A stretch of 42,439 bases of DNA from a virus (taxonomy: Duplodnaviria > Caudoviricetes), in the IMG/VR virus record IMGVR_UViG_3300002092_000007, positions 1-42,439 of that record. One strand, 5' to 3'. Below, piece by piece: positions 37,444 to 42,439 of the stretch (position 1 is the first letter of the stretch; every line of letters begins with the position of its first letter). A model generated the notes under the pieces. The model had not been told where the DNA came from. It made no database searches and saw only the letters and a program-made list of their open reading frames with translations. The position numbers and the translations under genes are program-made.

Positions 37444-37752
37444 ATGTACATTATGAAACACTTTACAATAGGTATAACCTTAACTGATGATTTTACTGCA
37501 AATGATTACAGTGATTTTATCAAAAAAGAATATGAGCTATCAAAAAAAGAGATAGCAAAATTAAAACCCGCTTATTTGTTTAATCTTGATGAGAATATTA
37601 AGTATTGGCAATTTGAGGGCGATTGCGTGCTTTTAAGTGAGAAAATGGATAACTATTATCATTTATCATCAACGAGTGTATTAAATAAGATTGATAACGA
37701 TAAAATTATTGGTTTTCTTGACTCTGAAAGTAACGAGATTGATTTAATTTAA
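37444..37752 (+). CDS. Early hypothetical protein
   Basis: ORF track; same-strand cluster. Confidence 0.7.
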   Translation: MYIMKHFTIGITLTDDFTANDYSDFIKKEYELSKKEIAKLKPAYLFNLDENIKYWQFEGDCVLLSEKMDNYYHLSSTSVLNKIDNDKIIGFLDSESNEIDLI

Positions 37753-37756
37753 TTCT

Positions 37757-37936
37757 ATGAGGTTATACGCAATAGCAACGAGCCAAAGCACAAGTAAAGG
37801 CATAGGGGATAACAACGAGATAGAAATAGAACTAAAAGACAAAAATAACAGGGTGGCCATTTTACAATTTAAATATATTAAGAATGAGCCGAAACTGTTT
37901 ATTAAAGTTAAAGGAGTTCAAAGAGAAATAATGTAA
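37757..37936 (+). CDS. Early hypothetical protein (59 aa)
   Basis: Hand-translated MRLYAIATSQSTSKGIGDNNEIEIEL... Confidence 0.65.
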   Translation: MRLYAIATSQSTSKGIGDNNEIEIELKDKNNRVAILQFKYIKNEPKLFIKVKGVQREIM

Positions 37937-37959
37937 ACAGCCAAAAGCAAAATAATGCA

Positions 37960-37997
37960 AAAGGCACAATCTACCAGCGGGATTGTGTCTTTTTTTA
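37960..37997 (+). terminator. Intrinsic terminator of the early cluster
   Basis: AAAAGGCACAATC...GATTGTGTC followed by a T tract. Confidence 0.8.
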
Positions 37998-38444
37998 TTA
38001 CCTAAATTCTCACACAATAACATTTTTGTCAAATATAGGCTTGACAACATTTCAAAAGTACTTTGATAGAAAATTTAAAAGTTGAAAGAATGTCAAGTGA
38101 TAAGGAATGGGTAAATCTATAAACCATTTTGGACTTTTGGACTATAATATGATTTTAAAAAAGAGCGAAATTTTGAAATCCTAAACTTACCTCTCGAAAG
38201 CCCATTTATATACATCAAAGACCTTGATTCTCCGTGAAAAACCAAGGCCTTCAAAATAGCCTCTCGAAAACCCTAGTATTTCAGGAGAACTTTAACAAAA
38301 TCAATATACTTCACATTGTTCTTAGTGACTCTCTCTTGTTCAATGTAGGTAATGAAGGACACAGCGTTAGTATGTTGCTTGTCATTCCTAGCCCATTTAG
38401 CTTTCTCAGCTCTTATTCTTCTTTGATTAATGTGTTTGGTCATT

Positions 38445-38891
38445 CTATTTGTGTAGTTCGTTTATAACTTTATCATATTGATTAAAATCACATCTTAAAG
38501 TCTCACAAAACCATTTCTCCACTCTAGTTGCTATCTGGTGAAAATCATAATACGGGCAACGACTACTGTTCCCAGGTTCTTCTTCGCCAACAATATCAGG
38601 ATATTCTTCTCTCATTTTTTCAAATGCAATATCAAAGTCATCAATCTGATTCATAGGCATACCACAACTTCTAACTAAATAAACTTCAAGAAACTCATGC
38701 AAAGCCACCAAAATATCGTAGTGAGGTCTTGTCTTTGAAACATAGATATGAACTTCGTTTTCATTTTCAGTATAATTACCAGGCGTTTCGTAAATTTGTT
38801 CTGAGTGGTCAATAAAATCTATTACAATTCTCTTTGAGGGTACTTCTGGTATTCCTTCTAAAAGAAGTTTTTGTGTATCGTCAGCAGTCAT
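38445..38891 (-). CDS. HExxE-motif metallopeptidase-like protein
   Basis: LVALHEFLE and downstream EPG...PYYDFHQIAT.VE. Confidence 0.6.
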   Translation of the reverse strand: MTADDTQKLLLEGIPEVPSKRIVIDFIDHSEQIYETPGNYTENENEVHIYVSKTRPHYDILVALHEFLEVYLVRSCGMPMNQIDDFDIAFEKMREEYPDIVGEEEPGNSSRCPYYDFHQIATRVEKWFCETLRCDFNQYDKVINELHK

Positions 38892-38895
38892 TATT

Positions 38896-39186
38896 TTATT
38901 CTAAGTCTTTAGGGTCAATAACAATAGCATCGGTAACTTTAGGTTCAGTCACATCAACTTTAGGACTTTCTTCTAAAACAACCTTAGGTGTTTCCTCTTG
39001 AGCAATAGATGAATCATATTTCTTTAGGTCAACTAACTGAATGTTAACATTAATCTTTGTAGAAGCACCAATGTTATCTTCTGCTACCATAGCAAATTCA
39101 TATTTCTTCAAAATGTCTTGAATTTCTTTTGAGCAAATATCTGCTCTAACTGCACGTTCTTGTTTTATTTGTTGTTCTGATTGCAT
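38896..39186 (-). CDS. Hypothetical protein
   Basis: ORF track; operon packing. Confidence 0.7.
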   Translation of the reverse strand: MQSEQQIKQERAVRADICSKEIQDILKKYEFAMVAEDNIGASTKINVNIQLVDLKKYDSSIAQEETPKVVLEESPKVDVTEPKVTDAIVIDPKDLE

Positions 39187-39187
39187 A

Positions 39188-39361
39188 TTATTTTTTTAGT
39201 CTATTAACAACTTCTGTACTAAAATAAACTTCACCATCGTCGTATTCTCCTGTTATTTCTGCAACAACATCAAGATTAAGATACCTAGAAAGTGCCTCAA
39301 ATTTAGACTCTAATTTCTTCAAATCTTTATTCAACTTACAAACCTTTTTGTTTTTAAACAT
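39188..39361 (-). CDS. Small hypothetical protein (57 aa)
   Basis: Hand-translated MFKNKKVCKLNKDLKKLESKFEALSRYLNL... Confidence 0.6.
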   Translation of the reverse strand: MFKNKKVCKLNKDLKKLESKFEALSRYLNLDVVAEITGEYDDGEVYFSTEVVNRLKK

Positions 39362-39430
39362 CGTGGTTATTTATTAGACTTTTAATAAAGTAATTGTAAC
39401 ATATATATATTAAAAAGCAATCCCCTAAAG

Positions 39431-39439
39431 TGTGGATAA
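39431..39439 (-). promoter_or_regulatory. DnaA box upstream of a minus-strand promoter
   Basis: TGTGGATAA = TTATCCACA on minus, followed by TTGCTT...TGTTACAAT. Confidence 0.6.
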
Positions 39440-39802
39440 CTATTCTTCTAAAATAGCTTTCAATCTATCGTAGTTTGCAATGTAATAGTGTACATCAGCT
39501 TTCACATATTCATCTTTGGTTTTATCCAAATCAATAAACCATTCAAGCCCTTTCTTATTAACAATCACTGAAGCCCAATAACTTTCATTCTGGTGAAGTT
39601 TAAAGTGGCACGAAGAACAGAGTGGAATTAAATTTTTCAAATCATAGCGAAGTCTTGTGCTTTTACTTTTGTGGCAATGGTGATGAGCAACTTGAGTAAG
39701 ATTTCCACAAAGTAAACAATTAGGAAATTGTTTTATAATAATTGGACTAAGAATATTATCACACTTAGTTCTAGCTGTTTTGACTGATGGTAGTTTCTTC
39801 AT
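39440..39802 (-). CDS. NinG/Rap-like HNH-fold recombination endonuclease
   Basis: CLLCG...AHH...STRLRYDLKNLIPLCSSCH. Confidence 0.75.
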   Translation of the reverse strand: MKKLPSVKTARTKCDNILSPIIIKQFPNCLLCGNLTQVAHHHCHKSKSTRLRYDLKNLIPLCSSCHFKLHQNESYWASVIVNKKGLEWFIDLDKTKDEYVKADVHYYIANYDRLKAILEE

Positions 39803-39873
39803 AGTTAAAGTTTAACACTAAACCTTAATTATGTCAATATTGAATTTAAAGTTAAAAAGTGTATAATCGTTTT

Positions 39874-40164
39874 ATGTTAAATATCGCAGACCTTCTAAAA
39901 AATAGAGAAGTGGAAGTCCAAGAAAACGACTATAAGAGTTGGCGAGACCAAATGATTAAAGAAACTGTGATTGCTGTAAATAATTTACGCAAAGGAACTA
40001 AGTACGAAAAGAAAGTTGAAACACCAGCTAACCTTGCCAAGCGAATAAATATGAATAAATTTTTAGCAGGAAAGAAAAATGATTATGTGTTGGACAATTT
40101 GATTAAAGAATGTAAGAGACAAGGAAGCTATGCGTTATTATATTGGTATCTAAGACAGAAGTAA
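39874..40164 (+). CDS. Hypothetical protein, leaderless
   Basis: TATAAT 6 nt before ATG at 39874. Confidence 0.7.
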   Translation: MLNIADLLKNREVEVQENDYKSWRDQMIKETVIAVNNLRKGTKYEKKVETPANLAKRINMNKFLAGKKNDYVLDNLIKECKRQGSYALLYWYLRQK

Positions 40165-40165
40165 T

Positions 40166-40540
40166 ATGTATAAATCAACTAGAAAAGAAAGAAAAGTTCC
40201 ATGTTCAAAATGTGGAGAAACTTGTATACGTTCAACTTTAAGAAAAGCTGTATGTAGTGATTGTATCAAAAAAAGACAACTAGAATATATAATCAAGAAT
40301 TACCCTAAAATTTATGGAAGAGAATACAAAGGACCTTTAAAAACAAAGACTGTTAAATGTGATTTTTGCCCTAATATGGTTGAAAGAAAGATAACAAGTG
40401 GAGGTGTTAGATGTTACGATTGTAGAATGAAAAGAGAGAGAAAGAAGGCTGTAAAATGGTATTACATGAATAAAAAGAGACAAATTGAGCTTGGAAAACA
40501 ACGATTAAAGGAGTTTTCCACACATTTGCTTGCAATTTAA
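40166..40540 (+). CDS. Zinc-finger protein (four CxxC pairs)
   Basis: CSKC, CSDC, CDFC, CYDC; basic. Confidence 0.75.
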   Translation: MYKSTRKERKVPCSKCGETCIRSTLRKAVCSDCIKKRQLEYIIKNYPKIYGREYKGPLKTKTVKCDFCPNMVERKITSGGVRCYDCRMKRERKKAVKWYYMNKKRQIELGKQRLKEFSTHLLAI

Positions 40541-40558
40541 ATTCAGGTATGGTATAAT
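40514..40558 (+). promoter_or_regulatory. DnaA-box variant plus sigma70 promoter
   Basis: TTTTCCACA at 40514; TTGCAA-17-TATAAT with TG extension. Confidence 0.7.
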
Positions 40559-40563
40559 ATTGG

Positions 40564-40668
40564 TGCAGGTGAAGTTCACTTGCCAGGGTTACCATACGTA
40601 AAGAAATTCATCAACGTGTGGTCATCGCCTAAAAACGATTGTCACACCCTGATGGATTTTTTTGTTTT
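40564..40668 (+). ncRNA. Candidate ~100-nt small RNA / attenuated leader
   Basis: GCAGGTGA/TCACTTGC hairpin, then a long stem 40605-40658 and T tract; no ORF. Confidence 0.5.
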
Positions 40669-40919
40669 ATAGTCTCACCAAATCTACACGAGATACTTAA
40701 CGGACTTGAAAGAGTTAAGGGAACGTGGACAAGCGGATACCTCATCGGGGAGAAAGCGAAGTTCTTTTAAAATTAAATACACTAATTCTATTCTTTCTTT
40801 AAAGACTTAGGATTGATTCAAAGAAAAAACACATCGATTTCTCTTTGAAAGGAAACGTCTTGGGTGGTTGGTTTATGGTATATACCATTGGTGAATACTT
40901 ATTAGTTAATTGAAATTAC

Positions 40920-41063
40920 ATGAAGGAAGAAGAAACACATATTAAATATAAAGGAAAATGTATTAAGATGCACGAAGATACTTGGAAGAAATTGATGTTA
41001 AAGAGAAAGAAAAGTGGATTGTCGTGGAATTTGTATTTATTAGAATTGATGAATAAAAAATAG
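40920..41063 (+). CDS. Small ribbon-helix-helix-like DNA-binding protein (47 aa)
   Basis: KCIKMHEDTWKKLMLKRKKSGLSWNLYLLELM strand-helix-turn-helix pattern. Confidence 0.55.
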   Translation: MKEEETHIKYKGKCIKMHEDTWKKLMLKRKKSGLSWNLYLLELMNKK

Positions 41064-41098
41064 AAACTTGACAAGTTATATCTAATATTTTATAACAC

Positions 41099-41137
41099 TT
41101 ATCCACAGTTGACATAAAATGTTCTGAGTATATACTT
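41099..41137 (+). promoter_or_regulatory. DnaA box plus sigma70 promoter of the middle operon
   Basis: TTATCCACA-G-TTGACA-17-TATACT. Confidence 0.75.
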
Positions 41138-41165
41138 AAATTATTAAAAGATAAGTCGTACATTT

Positions 41166-41381
41166 ATGAAATTATCAATCACGACAATATATGAGATTGG
41201 AGATAAGAATTATTTAGCTAAGACTCCTGTTGATATTCAAAGTATTGCTGAAGCTAAAGGAGTTCTTGACCAGCATGATGAAAAATGTGGCTCAATAGAG
41301 AGACAAATCATTAAATACATTGAAGCTTTTGATGCTGAGATTGAACAAGAAGCAGGAAGATTAACTCAATCAAATGACTAA
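41166..41381 (+). CDS. Hypothetical protein
   Basis: First gene after the promoter. Confidence 0.7.
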   Translation: MKLSITTIYEIGDKNYLAKTPVDIQSIAEAKGVLDQHDEKCGSIERQIIKYIEAFDAEIEQEAGRLTQSND

Positions 41382-41586
41382 ACGAATTTCAATCAAAGAA
41401 TATGTCAAAGGAACGAATCTCATTCCATTACAGAATATACAAGAGATTCTAAGACACCAAGTTAATAAGGAGGCAAATGCTTTCTGGTCGATGAGGCAAG
41501 ATGAGATAGAGGAATATCCTAAGCCTTTAAAGATGAAGACGACAAAGGTAGGATTATATGGATTATTCAGTAAAATATTACCATAA
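41374..41586 (+). CDS. Hypothetical protein
   Basis: Overlapping start and stop. Confidence 0.65.
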   Translation: MTKRISIKEYVKGTNLIPLQNIQEILRHQVNKEANAFWSMRQDEIEEYPKPLKMKTTKVGLYGLFSKILP

Positions 41587-42104
41587 TGTTTAAAAAAGGA
41601 GATAAAATTAGAAGAATAAGTAATAGAGAGATTTTTACTGTAAAAGGAGTTTATGGAGAACTAGAATATGACAAAAGAAATTTCAGTGATGCAGAAAAAG
41701 GTGTTTTGCTAGATAATGATTGGTGGGATTATAAAGATAATTTTGAACTCGTAGAAGAAAAATGTGAAGGGCGTGTAGATGTATTTAAACAAATTTATTC
41801 TGATTTTATTCCAGTTTCTAAGAATTTCTGGGGAAAGTCATTATTAGATTGTAGAGTACAAGGGAGTTGGGAGAATCAAGTTTATAAACCAAAGAAAACA
41901 ATTATGTCAAAAATAACAACATTTGCAAAGAATCTAGTATTATCAGCCGATGAGAAACTTCTAAGAAAGTTTGGATTAAAGAATGAATGTGGTGAATACA
42001 CATCAGATGCAAGAGAATTGGTCATTGAGAAGTTGATTGCTGATAATCAGGCTTATTTGATTGATACAGCAAAAGCATTGGAAGTAGAGGAAAAGAATAA
42101 GTAG
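41586..42104 (+). CDS. Hypothetical protein with N-terminal SH3-like FKKGDKI module
   Basis: TAATG coupling; FKKGDKIR...NFELVEE. Confidence 0.75.
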   Translation: MFKKGDKIRRISNREIFTVKGVYGELEYDKRNFSDAEKGVLLDNDWWDYKDNFELVEEKCEGRVDVFKQIYSDFIPVSKNFWGKSLLDCRVQGSWENQVYKPKKTIMSKITTFAKNLVLSADEKLLRKFGLKNECGEYTSDARELVIEKLIADNQAYLIDTAKALEVEEKNK

Positions 42105-42198
42105 TATGTAGGCCCTCTTGGGCTTACTAGAGGGATTTAATGCCTTCTGGAAAGTCCGAGAGATTCATCACCCCACATTAAAAGTTAATTAAATTAAA

Positions 42199-42439
42199 AT
42201 GTTTAGAAATAACAATGAAATAATAGTTCAAACTCAAAAAGAGTTTAATAAAATAAAAGATACATTTAGTGGGGTAATTAGAATTACTGAAACAAAAGAA
42301 TCTATATCAGTAAATAGGCAATTTTGTAACGCAAATATCTATGTCTATGGCAATGCAACGATTGAGTCTATCTATGGCAATGCAACGATTGAGTCTATCT
42401 ATGGCAATGCAACGATTGAGTCTATCTATGGCAATGCAA
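42199..42439 (+). CDS. N-terminal part of the origin-spanning repeat protein (continues to 820)
   Basis: MFRNNNEIIVQTQKEFNKIKDTFSG... runs into the IESIYGNAT repeats without a stop. Confidence 0.85.
   Translation, partial: MFRNNNEIIVQTQKEFNKIKDTFSGVIRITETKESISVNRQFCNANIYVYGNATIESIYGNATIESIYGNATIESIYGNA

Noticed and set aside
38234-38467. Plus-strand 77-aa ORF and minus-strand 37862-38050 ORF
   Set aside because: Atypical composition, non-ATG starts, and overlap with a terminator or a convergent gene.
42108-42170. Cluster of small hairpins before the repeat-protein gene
   Set aside because: Short stems with no promoter or U-tract; too weak to call an RNA element.
1-42439. Alternative genetic code (TGA or TAG recoding)
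   Set aside because: Long genes are intact under code 11, and TGA/TAG end genes at sensible overlaps.
1-42439. Prophage or integration module
   Set aside because: No integrase, clear repressor or host genes recognised; the sequence closes as a circle.

Overview
The window is an apparently complete, circularly assembled tailed-phage genome of about 42,338 bp. Bases 1-101 are identical to 42339-42439, and one ORF reads in frame across the junction. The gene set is podovirus-like. The minus strand (about 10.2-36.4 kb) carries small and large terminase, portal, scaffold, major capsid, decoration and head-tail proteins, three probable ejection proteins, a PurD-like ATP-grasp ligase, a large tail spike/fibre, and a holin-like plus papain-like peptidase lysis pair. 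The plus strand carries early and middle genes: a 9-aa repeat protein, YopX, PD-(D/E)XK nuclease, an SSB-like protein, an RNase H-like exonuclease, and a holin-like plus secreted lytic transglycosylase pair. Five free-standing homing endonuclease genes (four HNH, one LAGLIDADG) and a NinG-like gene are present. I recognise no integrase, DNA polymerase, helicase, primase, reverse transcriptase or tRNA. Near-consensus sigma70 promoters, an almost complete lack of Shine-Dalgarno motifs and standard code 11 suggest a Patescibacteria (CPR, Parcubacteria-like) host; this is inference. The most notable observations are: (1) an orphan DGR-type variable region with no template repeat or RT in the genome; (2) an island of tandem promoter/structured-RNA/terminator cassettes at 8.6-10.2 kb, including two small genes with strong SD motifs behind a five-hairpin leader; (3) a virion-module ATP-grasp ligase plus a distant HExxE peptidase-like gene; (4) DnaA boxes just upstream of four promoters; (5) pseudoknotted leaders. 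All annotations come from reading motifs by eye; no searches were run.
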